Shown one piece after another: positions 29,074 through 41,642 of a stretch of DNA of 64,000 nt; position 1 is the stretch's first letter; the number at the start of each line of letters is the position of its first letter. The notes under the pieces are model-generated. The model saw nothing but the letters and a program-made list of their open reading frames with translations, was not told the origin of the DNA and did no database searches. Made by a program: the position numbers and the translations under genes. Source of the DNA: the human T2T-CHM13v2.0 reference genome, Homo sapiens; assembly GCF_009914755.1 (NCBI RefSeq), contig NC_060926.1. One strand, given 5' to 3'.

Positions 29074-29909
29074 GAGAGAGAGAAAGAGTGAGAATCCAAC
29101 ATTTAGTTGGCTGTCTCTCCAACTCACTCCTAGTAATGTTATAATTCATTATCCATCACTACAGTCTCTGTGACTCAAAGCACGCCCCTGGCAAGATTGT
29201 TCTGAGATGTTACCATGATCATTGGCCTGGAGGCAATGAGATGTGGTGGTAGGCAGATTGTGAAGAGAACAAGTACTGTCTTATAGTACATCGAGTGATA
29301 TAACTGCATAGTCTCCAACTGAGGAGACTGCATAATCTCCAGAGAGGCAGGGAAATTTGGACATTCAAGATTATTAGATTTGTCCACTCAAATGTCCACC
29401 TTGCAGGTTTCAGGTTCCTACTCTTTCCCTATCAAAGCCTTCACATTGACACAGGAGACATTTTAAGGCTGTGAATTTTTTCTCCTTTGTAGGTTTGCAA
29501 CCCTATACCATGAAACCCTGAACATGATTTTCTTCCTCCATCATTTGCCCTGCAGCTGCAGTAGATAAGAGGATTTGGAAGGCTACCATAGAGGCCCTCT
29601 GACTTTCACAGCATATTTTAAGTGGGCAATTAGCTTTCCTGAGTCTGTTATGCCTTTTTGCAAATCTTCCAAAGCCATCAAAGGCAGCCACCATGTAACA
29701 CAATCCTTATGATTATCGTTCCCTCTGTACTGATCAAGTACACAGCCACTTGATATGCCAATACCTTGCCTTCTGCCTATACCACATAACATATTGGCAA
29801 TTGTACTATCACTGCATGCCAGGAATCCGGGCCACCCAGTTTGCCACCATCGGTGGAGACCCAAAGTTCTCTTTTGGAGGTCTGCTTTCTAAGGACACCC
29901 ATTGAACCA
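27450..29909 (-). mobile_element. Decayed ERVL (ERV3-16A3/HERVL-like) internal region with gag, RNase H and integrase remnants
   Basis: Minus-strand translations: WIKQHGLPLTKAVLATAAEFPPCQDQRLMLSL*YG at about 27850-27950 (ERVL integrase WAQQHGLPLTKADLATATAECP.CQQQR); AWFTQSLVKYVGASQK at about 28380-28427 (RNase H AWFTDGS); RIYTES*AM at about 28230-28252; gag-like HNRLRKANCPLKICCESQRAS in ORF 29503-29703. Confidence 0.8.
29031..29082. repeat. (GT)20 microsatellite with (GA)n extension
   Basis: Direct reading. Confidence 0.97.
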
Positions 29910-30524
29910 TGTCTTAGCCTGGCTTCCCTAGACAACAGAACTTGAGACAAAAATTTGTGTGCTATTACTTCAGTGTAGGGTAGAATCCCAGGGAAAAGGA
30001 GACATGAGACAAGGAACGAGGAAGAGCAAATACAAGGAAGTGCATTACCCAGCTAGCCAGAGCTTCATAGCAACACATTGGCTGCTCAGTCTAGAGAAGA
30101 CATCTCCAGAAAGACCATAGGAGAATGACTGCATCTTGGAACAGTCCATCAGGCCAGGAAGTCTAAAGGGCAAGCAATTTATGTGCAGGCATTCCCTCAT
30201 GTCTTGTCTTCCATTGGTAAGAGTTCACGAATTTTGTCTACTTTCTCTCACATCTGAGTTGCATCAACTCAGCACCACCTCAGGCAGCCCCTGGAGCTTC
30301 TGGAACTCCATTCCAGGCAGTGTGTGGCTTCAGTGGTTTCTTCTTTAGTTGGTGATGTCTGTTGAAGCTTCTCCTCTGTGGGGATGACCCGAGCAGAAAC
30401 AGACTTTGGACTGCAGCAATGGAATGAGCTATTGCTAGGATATTCCTGGTTAAGGGAGAAGGACTGTAAGTAAAGCCAGGCTCTGGGGGCAATAAGTGAG
30501 AAAGAGTGGATCTGAATGGCACAT
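29910..30524 (-). mobile_element. ERVL LTR (LTR16/LTR33-type), 5' LTR of the adjacent provirus
   Basis: 'tgtcttagcctggcttccctagacaacagaacttgagacaa' is the revcomp of an LTR16-type 3' end; the other end is near 'gtggatctgaatggcaca'. Confidence 0.6.
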
Positions 30525-31171
30525 AAACTGGGCCTGGTATATTCATTTTCTCTTTAAGGAAATAAAGCTGAATGTTAAAGTTAAGCCCACTTCCTAAAGG
30601 TGTAACAAGTTTGTGCTCTACCTCTCTAAATAAGAGCTTTCCCACATTTTAGAATTTCATAGACTCACAGGACTGGAAACTTCTGTGCAAATCATTTGGT
30701 TCAGCCTCCATATTTTTCAGATGAGAAGCACAAAGTTTAGAAAGTTAAGTGACACTTTCAAGTCAAACAGTAAATGGGGAAGCAAGAAGGCCTGCCTTCA
30801 TTCCAGTCCTCATTCCACAATATCACACTGATAAAGCAGATGAAGGGGGAGTCATTTGCACTCCACTTTTGCCTTTATTAAAGTCTTTTGAAGGTGTTGG
30901 TTTAGTGAGGTAATGTCTCAAAGCAGTTTTAAGAACACTGAAGGAAAGATGTTATGTACTTTTGAAATGCAATTGTTGGTTTTGGAACAAAAATGTTTAA
31001 GACAATGCCAGCCTACTTTGTTGATGAACCAGAGTGAGTGTTACAAGCCTCTACATTTCCAGAGGCAGAACCTCATCTTTGGAAGTGAAATAGAATACAA
31101 CACAAAGAAAGAATGCCAGCAAACAAAAGTGAGTATGTCAGATCACAACTACCTCCCTTTAATTCTGAATC

Positions 31172-31210
31172 TATTAGGTTGGTGCAAAAGTAATTACGGT
31201 TTTTGCTACC
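31172..31210. mobile_element. MADE1 (Hsmar1 MITE) half-element, single TIR
   Basis: 'tattaggttggtgcaaaagtaattacggtttttgc' matches the Hsmar1/MADE1 TIR preceded by TA. Confidence 0.8.
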
Positions 31211-33279
31211 ATGTTAAGCAATTCACAAGGATTGGCTCAGAGATCTTCCTGTGATCTTTGCATTCACACCTAAGTGGAAACCTAGTACCCTATGCCCTCT
31301 TTAGGACAGCTATCAAGGTGACATTTGTAGCTGTGGTAAGGATCAATAAGCAGCTAGAGCAGAAGCTGCCTGTTCCGTGAAAACAGCCTAATTTCTAGCA
31401 AATCTAGTTGCTTTGCTCTTGGTGGACACATTAACGACAGTGACATCTGGAAATTCTTGCCCTCCTGACACATGTGCTAAAGGGTATAAAGATGTGAACT
31501 CCACCTTCTGACAGCCTTGATTTCTGTGGCTACTGAAGCTGCAATAGAATGAACCAATCTTCTTCCATGTTCCAAATATTATCCTAGAAAATGTCTTGTT
31601 TTTGTTTTCTGTCTGAGAAAATAAAACAAATCTGGCTTGTTAAAATCCATTTCCTATCATGTCTTAAATTAGCCTGGGACCAATTTGTTTGAATATCTGC
31701 TCCACCTCTGTAGGGGAAAACTGATGAGCAGGCTTCGAATTTCCACAAGTGGGTGCCAACCACGGTGTGCCCTGGCACTGGCTTGGGATGCTTTCTGCCA
31801 AAGGCAGGGTTTCACTTCTGATTTCATGGCAAATCAAACCCTGAATGAGAAGACAGCTATAGACAGGAGGGAAAACAGTCTCTTCAGTCTGTCAGCTCTT
31901 CTCCTAATATTCCTCTCCACCCCAGAAGAATCCACTGATATGTAACAGGAAAAATACAGACTACATGCAATTCGGGGAAGTGTGAGAAAACACTTAGGTA
32001 GTTTCCAGGCAAGACTATCATATCAGCAATGCAAGTAAAGCATTTGAAATAGTGATTATACTGTGGAAATGATACTCACTTCCAGGGCCTGCCAGGTGCT
32101 ACTCTTGATGCTGAAAACAACCTCTCCTGGAATGGAGGTAATAGTGCACTTACTTTTGTGTATGTAGATTAACCTATTTTACCCCTTTTAGATGGAGAAA
32201 GGCTATTGCCCTCCTGTGGTACCATGAGGCTGAAGACTGACAAATATATAATCACGCATTTTTTGTTGTTTCCTGAATTATGCAGGATGTTTTCTCCAGT
32301 GAATTCTACTGTGGAGGCTTTCTGAAGTGTCAGAGTCTATTACCTGCTGCCCAGGAAAATCTATTACAGGCATGCACAAGTGGAGCTGAAAAATAGGTCT
32401 TTACTCACTAACAGAGACTGAGCAAGAACTGCTAAATTGTACCCTCCAGCAGTGTGTTCTCGGCTTTTTCTCTCCTTCTTTATGTATGCTTAACAAGGAA
32501 ACTTGTTGAATGCACATGCTTCTCAAACCTGGGCTTCCCTGGAGGTGCAGTAAAGCCTACAGAAATCCAGAAGGGGCAATCTCCAAGTCTTTAGTAAGTA
32601 CTGGAGGACTTTCTGCCTCTCCTTTAAGATACATCCTTAGTAGAGCAATTTGAGTAACAGCACTAGCGATATTCCTGGCATGTCTGATATTATAATAGTT
32701 ATTGTCTCTGAGTGCACGTTGAGGGTCCCAACCTCCTACACAAACATGGATGCAAAGTTATCACCAAAATGAGGTCCAGGAATATTTTTAGCACTATGCA
32801 TTGAAGTAGAGAAACCATGTCTAGCACATGTCTGTATAAATGCAGAAATGCAGAACTGTAGTATAATATCATAATGAGGATACTGACATTGGTACAATCT
32901 ACTGATCTTACTTATATGTATAGAAATCATGTCATTAATAAAATATACATTCTTTAAAAATAATAGATTCTAAGAAACAAAATCTCAGCTATTCATGAAA
33001 GCATATGCATGGGTGCATTAACTATAATACAAAAATGGCTAAAAATAAATTATGTCACACCTCTTAAAGCATACTATTCAAATTATTATTGGCTGATGGA
33101 ATTAGCATGATCTTTGTTTTATTTTACTTATTTTGATTTCTACATATTTTCAGATCTACCATTTAATACCTCTTTTATGATGAAGACAAAAATCTTTTTA
33201 AAAGAAAAGAAAACAAAAGGTTTCTTTTGGCATGCCATGAACACACAGCCTGAGAGTAAACATTCCAGTAGCTAGAATG

Positions 33280-33597
33280 GGCCAGGCATGGTGGCTCACG
33301 CCTGTAATCTCAGAATTTTGGGATGCCCGAGGTGGGCAGATCACTTGAGGTCAGGAGTTTGAGACCAGCCTGGCCAATATGGTAAAACCTCGTTTCTACT
33401 AAAAATACAAAAAATTAGCCAGGCGTGGTGGTGCACACATGTAATCCCAGATACTCGGGAGGCTGAGGCAGGAGAATAGCTTGAACCCGGAAGCCAGAGG
33501 TTGCAGTGACCCCAGATCTCACACCACTGCACTCCACCCTGGGCAAGAGAGTGAGACTCTGTCACAAAACAAAACAAAACAAAACAAAAAACAACAC
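33280..33597 (+). mobile_element. AluS with (CAAAA)n tail
   Basis: Alu dimer; TSD-like 'tagctagaatg' at about 33269 and 33609. Confidence 0.95.
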
Positions 33598-33899
33598 AAA
33601 TCCTGAATAGCTAGAATGGTCAGAATTACCTTTAAGAGGGGCTGGTTTAGTTGACTGACATGTGTTGTTGATTTGGTTGTTACTCCATCAAACTATAACT
33701 CCATCAAACTATATATGTAAATAAATGTTATACACATAGTTTATACACAATGTTTATATGTATATAGATAATTTTACATATTTTGTATATAATTATGTAA
33801 TATACAAAAACATAATATAATTCTATATAACTAAAATAATTATAAAATAATATCTAATTAAATTATTATAATTATGGAGTTATATGAAGTTGTATGAAA

Positions 33900-35470
33900 C
33901 CAGACAGAGAGATTCTTAGTACACTTTACCCAGTTTCCTCCCATGGTAACATTTTGTTAAACTGTAGTCTTTATATAATATCACAACCAAAATATTGACA
34001 TTGATAGAATCTACTGATCTTATTCAGATTTTCCCAGTATTCCCATATTCATTTGCATGTGAGCACGTGTGTATTAAATTGTATACAATTTTATCACCTG
34101 TATAGGTTGGCGATCACCACAGCCAAGACCTGAACAGTTCCAACATAAAAAGGGTCCCTTATGTTACCCTTTTATAACCACTTCCACCTCTTTTGTGTTA
34201 CTCCCCCAGTCTAATCCCTGGCAACTACTAATCTGTTCTTTACTTCTGAAGTTTTGTCATTTCAAAAATGTTATGCAAATGGAATAATGCCCTACGTAGC
34301 CTTTGGAGACTGGCTTTTTCCACTCGGCATACATCCCTGGAGATTCATTCAGGTTGTTTTAGATATCTCAAGGGTCTGTTTCTTTTTGCTGTTTTGTTGC
34401 GCTAACATGTTATACTTGTACCACGGTTTAACCATTGACCTGTTGAAGGACACTTGGGCTGATTCCCATTTTTATAAGTAACAGCTATTTACTTTTATAA
34501 GTCAAGCTGATTTACTTGTAACAAACGTTTGTACATGGGTTTTTGTGTAACCATACGCTTTCATTTTTCTAGGATAATGACCCAAGAAGTGCAATTGCTG
34601 CTGGATTATACGGTAGTTGCATGTTTAGTTTCATAGGACACTGCCAACGTGTATTCCAAAGTAGCCATATCATTTTACATTCCCAGCAATGTGTAAGTGA
34701 GCCAATGTCACCACATTCTCCCCAGCATTGGGTATTGTCACTCTTTTTCCTTTTAGTCATTCTGATAGGTGTGTAGTGATATATTACTGTGGTTTCAATT
34801 TGTACCTCCCTAGTGACCAGCGAGGTTGAATATCTTTTTATATGCTCATTTGCTATCTCTGTGTTCTCTTTGGTGAAATGTCTAATTTTCTAACTGGAGT
34901 GTTTGTTTTTTCAAGTCCTGCATTTTGAGAATTCTTATTATAGATACCAGTCCTTTGCAAGATATGTGGTTTGCAAATATTTTCTTCCCAGTATATAGCT
35001 TTTTATCTTCTTACATAAGCTTTCGCAGCAAGTTTTACATTTTATTAGGTTCAATTTGTTGATTTTTTCCTTTTATGAATTGTGCTTTTAGTGTCACATC
35101 TAAGATCTCTTTACCTAGTTCTAGGTCCCAAAGACTTTCTACTATGAGTTTTTTCTGTAAACATTCTATAGTTTTATGTTTTACATTTAAGTCTATGACC
35201 CATTCTGAGTTTTTGTTTGTTTTGTTTTGTTCAGAGAGGGGATCTCACTCTGTTGCCCATGCTGGAGTGAAGTGGTATGATCTTGGCTCACTGAAGCACA
35301 TTATTTTGAGTAAATTTTTGTGTAGAATGCAAGACTTTTGTCAAATATCCTCTTGTGTGTGTGCTGATGGATGTTCAGTTGCTCCAGCAGCATTTGTTCA
35401 GAAGTTACCTCCATTAAATTACTTTTGCAACTTTATCAAAAATCAGTTAAATAAATTTGTGTGGGTCTAT
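33900..35470 (-). mobile_element. L1MC/MD-type LINE-1 3' portion (antisense) with a small Alu fragment at about 35210-35293
   Basis: 'ctttacccagtttcctcccatggtaacattttg', 'ccctggcaactactaatctgttc', 'ttttacattcccagcaatg'; ORF 34569-34760 resembles the ORF2 C-terminal CW...CWEC region. Confidence 0.85.
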
Positions 35471-35848
35471 TTGTGGATGTTAACAGCCTTTTGCCACAGC
35501 ATCTACTTCCCATGGAGAGGTGGAGAATGGAGAGTTACTGTCATGAAAGAAGAGAAGTGGAGTTATTCAGGTAATTGATCCAAATGGAGAAGCAGTGAGT
35601 GAGCACAGACCCTGGCCCTTACAGCAAACATCTGTCTGGCAATTGTTGAAACATCAGGCCTGAGCTTTTTAAAAAATCATTCTTGTTTAAGGCATGCAGC
35701 AGGAGATTGTAGTGAAGTCTCTGCCTCCCAATAGTCTCTCGCTGTTTTATCACTTAAAGGAAACAGGGCTCTTTTGATTCCCTACTATCTTCTGTGACAG
35801 ATAATCAAAGACTAATTTTTAGTCTTTGAGCTTTCAGTGTTTGCCAGA

Positions 35849-36243
35849 TGTCTTAGTCTGTTCCAGCTGCTATAACAAAATACCATAAACCGGGTGGCTC
35901 ACAAACAACAGAAATTTATTTCTCAAAGCTCTGAAGGCTCAGAAGGCTGGGAAGACCAAGATCAAGGCACCAGCAGATTTGGTGTCTGGTGAGGGGCCTC
36001 TTCCTGGCTCACAGACAGCTGCTTTTTGCTGTAACCTCACAGGGCAGAAGGGGTGAATAAGCTATCGTTCTCTTGGATAACAGCACTTGAATCTCTTGGA
36101 TAACAGCATTAATCCCATTCAGGAGGGCTATATTCTTGTAAACTAATTGCCTCCCACAGGCTTTACCTCTTAATACCATCACATTGGGGGTTAGGATGTC
36201 AACATATGAATTTTGGAGGGACATGACATTCAGACTATTGCAC
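35849..36243 (-). mobile_element. MLT1A-type MaLR solo LTR
   Basis: 'tgtcttagtctgttccagctgctataacaaaataccataaac...' through 'tatgaattttggaggggaca...cagactattgca'. Confidence 0.85.
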
Positions 36244-36670
36244 CCGAGACTACAATTACCACCTTCGAAGTACTATTTCCCCCACCCCAACTCCCGGGTG
36301 CTTATGTGTTTGCACGTGCTCAGACTGGGTGTCTGAGTGGGATGCCTCTTAGGTTTTTCATGCTGAGAGGTCATTATGAACCAGAAGAATCCCATAAATC
36401 ATTTTCGTGAGGAGTAGTCCTGACTCACCTTACGTCAGGCAGGTACTTCACTGTATTTTCTCTGAATCAGTATGATCAGATGGCTTCCCATATTCTTTGA
36501 TCATTAGGAGCAGTGTTTGGAGGATGAACTGACTCTAATCTGGAATTCTCCCCAACCACAGTTACTTTCACTTTCACTCTTTCCACCTTTACCTTTCTCT
36601 TAGATACTAAACTCTTTTTAATCAGAATAATCTACAACATAGATGGGTATACACAATAAACACTTAAAAT

Positions 36671-36980
36671 GGCTTGGCGCGGTGGTTCATGCCTGTAATC
36701 TCAGCACTTTGGGAGGCTGAGGTGGGCAGATCACAAGGTCAGGAGTTTGAGACCAGCCTGGCCAACACAGTGAAACCTCGTCTCTACTAAAAATACAAAA
36801 AAATTAGCCAGGCGTGGTGGCGGGCGCCTGTAATCCCAGCTACTTGGGAGGCTGAGGCAAGGAGAATCACTTGAACCTGAGAGGTGGAGGTTGCAGTGAG
36901 CCGAGATCATGCGACTGTACTCCAGCCCGGGCGACAGAGCAAGACTCCATCTCAATAAATAAATAAATAAACAAACAAAC
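36671..36980 (+). mobile_element. AluS with (TAAA)/(CAAA) tail
   Basis: TSD aaacacttaaaat (36658-36670) / aaatacttaaaat (36981-36993). Confidence 0.96.
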
Positions 36981-37351
36981 AAATACTTAAAATGTTCTTA
37001 ATTAATCTTGAGAAAATGAATCACCTCTTTCTCCTCCTGCTCCGTAAGGTATTTATCCCATTCTGTCCTCTGATGTCTCCCACGGCAGCCTCTTACTTCC
37101 CATGGGAAAAAAAATCTCATTCTCATTCTGTCTCTCTCTCTCTCTCCCACTTCATGTCTTCCTCTTCCTCATTATATTTTAATCAAATTTCTTCTTGTCC
37201 TTCTTTCAGTTGTAGGAATCAATTCTAATTTTTGTAGTTTGAAATATTTGTGAAGACCAAAGCACCTATTTTCATCACAGATCCTTGAAATTTTAGCTTC
37301 TTAGACTACATGAAAATAGTTTCCACATGCAATAGCAAATCTATTCTCAAA

Positions 37352-37500
37352 TTTTTTTTTAATTCAAACTAAAAAAAATTTTTTAGAGACAAAGTCTTGC
37401 TATGTTGCCCAGGCTGGCCTCAAACTTCTGGGCTCAATCATTCCTCCCACTCTGGCTTCCCAAGTAGCTGACACTGTAGGCGTGAGCCACCACACCTGGC
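37352..37500 (-). mobile_element. FLAM-type Alu monomer
   Basis: Single Alu arm; 'tattctca' on both flanks. Confidence 0.8.
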
Positions 37501-37924
37501 ATATTCTCAGGTTTTTGGCAGTGGTAAATAGCATATGTTTATTCTGTCAGTCACCTAATAAATATATACTATCTACCTACTATGTACAAGATACAGTGCT
37601 GGCACTGGATGCTGTCAACAGTTTCTGTGCATTTTTGACTTATCACAATCCAGGCCAGGTTCATTGCCGTAAGCAACATGCATAGAGGCCAGTGAAGGAC
37701 CCACTCATTAAGGGGCACTTCAGGCAAAGTGTACAAAAGAGCTCCTTGCTCACACAGGAAAACAGCTGTGTGGCCCTAGGCCTTTCTGCTTAGACCACAT
37801 AGTATTTATTTTGCTTTCTGAATCACGCCCTATGGTGATACCTGCAGAGTTTCTTTGCCCCCCATAAATATGCCCACCAGTCAAAGGAGCAATTATTTCT
37901 CAAGAGATAATTTTCAGTCCATAA

Positions 37925-38050
37925 CAATTAACATGCTAAGGGCTTTAATACGTAATCTCATTTCATTTAATCCTTACAACATCCCTCCAAAGCTGTTATT
38001 ATTATTATCCCTACTTTTACAAATGAAGAAACTGAAGCTCAGAAAATGTG
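37925..38050 (-). mobile_element. MIR SINE
   Basis: 'tcatttaatccttacaac...ttttacaaatgaagaaactgaagctcaga'. Confidence 0.75.
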
Positions 38051-38054
38051 GAAA

Positions 38055-38575
38055 TAAATGAAGATCACCCAAATGATAACAAGCAAAGACTGTTTACTGA
38101 GAACTTGCTACAGTGAGGAAGTTGGCCACCATCACTTGCACTGGGCAGAGATTCTAGCAGGCAGAGGAGTGGGAAAGCTTTATAGCAGAAAAAAGGGAAG
38201 TCTTCAGGTACGCCCCAACTGGAGGCTATTGGCATGGGGAAGCTGTAGGTGAGACAACTAGAAGTGGGACATCCTATGTGATTGTTGAGATGTACATAGT
38301 TGGCTTTCTCTAGTTGGTCCTAAGTCGAAAGCCGGGGTGGGTGAGGGGCAAAAATGTGGAAGTTGTCAGTTATTAATCAAACCCTGGCCATTTTGGGCCA
38401 ATGAGAGTTATTGTTTATTTCATGGACTGCCTGCTAGACATAGTAGTCTGACTTCCTGAACTGGTTACTGTAGATAGTAGACTGACTTTCTGGACCGGTT
38501 TCCTCGGGTTGTGGGTCAGAATTTTATTTTCTATGTGTGGTGTGGCCATTGTCCTTTTGTATATCTAGTCTCTCA
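38055..38575 (-). mobile_element. ERV1 solo LTR (MER67-like)
   Basis: Revcomp start 'tgagagactagatatacaaaaggacaatggccacacca'; length about 520 bp. Confidence 0.5.
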
Positions 38576-38749
38576 AGTTTTGAAACAACTTGCTCATGAA
38601 CAGATTTCAGAATTAATATTGAAATTCATGATGCAATGGACAGTATGAATTTTACCATCTCAAAACATTGTCTCTGTGGAAGGACCCCAAGGAAAAGGGT
38701 AGCAGAAATAACCAAGTTGGCAGATGTGATCATGCTTCAGCTGAATACC

Positions 38750-39307
38750 TGCCAATAGTGGACACTGTCCATTATTTTCCCATCAAACTTCATCCTCCTT
38801 GCTAACCAAAGGCTGACTTTATTCAGTTATTAAATCCCTTAGTTAGCAGTAGGATTGACTCAGGAGAAATTTACCCTTTCTCCAACTCTAGGAATCTTGT
38901 TTTTTTCTAAGACAAACAACATGTGACATTGCCCTGGTTTCCTTCCCCTCCACCCTCCAGGCATGAACACGTGACCTGATTTGGCTCAGAAAGAATGGAA
39001 GAGGATAGGAGTATTTCTCTTTCCGGCTGGGTAGCAACAAAGAAGAATACATGTGCCCCTTGTTTCTGGTTGCTATTATTGACCATAGGGCAACCAGCCT
39101 TAGGTGAAGTCAATGCTGTGGATAACAGAATCAAAAGGCAAAAAAGAACCTGGGTTCTTTATGACATCAATAAATCACTGATTCAACCAATTTTGTAGCT
39201 GTCCTTCCTCTGGGCTTCTGTTCCATGAAATAATACATTTTCTCATTGTTTAAGCAAGTTCGAATTGGGTTTTCTGATACTTAGAGCAAAAAGCACCATA
39301 GATAACA
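38750..39307 (+). mobile_element. Old MLT1 (J/K-type) MaLR LTR
   Basis: 'catgaacacgtgacctgatttggc', 'gaacctgggttctttatgacatc', 'cattgtttaagcaagttcgaattgggttttctg'. Confidence 0.6.
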
Positions 39308-39384
39308 CAGCAGCCTAGCCATGAGTCTTTGCCTTCATACTGTGTCCCAAGTCCAGTGGTAACACCTGTGAACATTCAATGGCG

Positions 39385-39630
39385 CAAGGTGGTTAAGAGA
39401 CATTGCACTAGACTCAGAATGCCTGCATTTGAACCCTGCTCTACCTCTTTTAATTGCTGACTTTGGGCCAGCTACTTAGTTTCTCTGTGCTTCACCCCTT
39501 TATCAGTAAACTGGGGAAAATGATAATACCTAACTTATAGGGTTAGGATTATAATAAGGGCTAAAATATGTCAAGTGCTCAGAAGAGTGCTTGGAACATT
39601 ATAACAGCATTAAAGTGTTCGTATTATTAT
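39385..39630 (+). mobile_element. MIR SINE
   Basis: 'gtggttaagaga...tgcctgcatttgaaccctgctctacc...ctttgggccagctacttagtttctctgtgcttca'. Confidence 0.8.
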
Positions 39631-39937
39631 TAAACACTTAGCAAATATTTTCTTAGCTTTCTTCCTTCCAGAATTTAAAAAAAATATATTTACATCGTTG
39701 AAACTTCATTTTCATTACTGAATAATTACATAATGATTCAAAAATCATTTTTATTACTGAAGCCACTTAAGTCCAGTTTTTTTTTACCTCTGCTTCAAAT
39801 GCATAGCTGGGCTTCAGCATCACAGAAGCAATCATAAAAAAAGGATCACTCTTTGCCTCCTTTCTCTAAACCCCTCGTGTTCTGACAATTGACATTTCCA
39901 CCCTGTGTGGAACAGACCCATGTTTGCTTTCACTTAG

Positions 39938-40255
<318 letters not shown>

Positions 40256-40679
40256 ATCTTAATAACTGCCATGTCAATATCTTCTTTTAAAATTGTTGAA
40301 AAGCTACTGCTATAGTAGCAGTGGCAATGCATTCTGAGGGAGCTGCCACATAGCCCATTCCTGATTGCACCTGTGGTCTGCACCCCTCGTCTGTGATGAT
40401 ATCGAACCAAGAAAAGGAAAACTTACTACCCAAGAACTTGCTCTGTGTTTAGTACTATCCTAGTTGTTTTCACTAGTTCTTGAATAATATTTCTATTAAT
40501 AGCATGCATACAATTTAAGTGATTTTTAAAGAGTTTTGTGTCAGTCAGAATAACCTAAGTTATATACAAGTAACCAAAAAGCCCCCAATTTTTGTTGGTA
40601 TAGAGTAACAAAGGCTTGTCTTCCCCTTCAACCTACATATCCACTTGAAGTAAGCGGGGCTGGGGGATCAGGGTCTATA

Positions 40680-40872
40680 TAAGGAGTCTGCAAATGTTTT
40701 CTTAAAAGGCCACTTAGTGAATAGGCTTTTAGGCTATATGGTCCCTGTTGTAACGACTCAGTTTTGCCATTGTCATTTCAAAGTATGCATAGACAAATGG
40801 GTACGGCTATGTTCCAATGAAGCTTTATTTACAAAAACAGGTGACCACAGGCTGTAGTTAGCTAACTCCCAC
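40680..40872. mobile_element. MER58A hAT MITE nested in an old MaLR-like LTR (about 40540-41130)
   Basis: 'gcaaatgttttcttaaaaggccac...ggctatgttccaatgaagctttatttacaaaaacagg'. Confidence 0.7.
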
Positions 40873-41568
40873 TGCATATCATCCTCACTCCAGGACCCAG
40901 AGTGTGAACGCACCATCATTTGGAATACTGTCGATCATGGTGGCAGAAGGGAAAAGGATCATGGAGAATCTCTCACTAGTTTTTAAATGTTTCACCTGGA
41001 AGTGACCCCTGTCACTTCCACTCACATTTTACTGACATGGAAAATCATATGACCACACCTAACTTCAGTAGATTGGGGAGGAAGCTGTCCTCCTTGAGCC
41101 TAGAAGAAGAGAACAAGAAACACCAGTAAGCAGCCTTAATGTCTATCGCATGTTGCATCATTCTTCTGTTCATCTCTTTCTGTGGCTTTTTGTTGAACTT
41201 TATGTTCCTAGTTAAGGAAATGAGTTGCAAAGTTGTGGTTTACTCAATGTTCTTACAGGTGTATTGCTCAGTTTCTGGATAAGCTGGGCCTCTTTACCTC
41301 CTTTTTCTGCTTTTCTTGTCCAGGCTGTAGGCTTGTTATTACTCTTCAACCAGAGCACTACAGAGTTAGAGGGAAAGTGAAGCATAATGCAAATTCATTC
41401 ACCTCAAGTGTGGTCTCTGGGCCTTGCCTTACCACACAGGAAAGTCCCTTCAGTGGGCTTATTGTCAGACTTGTCTGAAGTTTTCATATTATTGACTATT
41501 AGCTAATTCACACAGTCTATTCAGGGTAACTCTTCTTAGGGGCCAATGTCTGGCCCGTGTTGGACAGC

Positions 41569-41588
41569 TATATATATATATTAGAACG

Positions 41589-41637
<49 letters not shown>

Positions 41638-41642
41638 TGCGT
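41569..41642. repeat. (TA)6 plus (GT)~20 microsatellite
   Basis: Direct reading. Confidence 0.95.

Noticed and set aside
28906-29149. ORFs with CVCVCV or THTHTH runs (also 41557-41787)
   Set aside because: Translations of (GT)n microsatellites.
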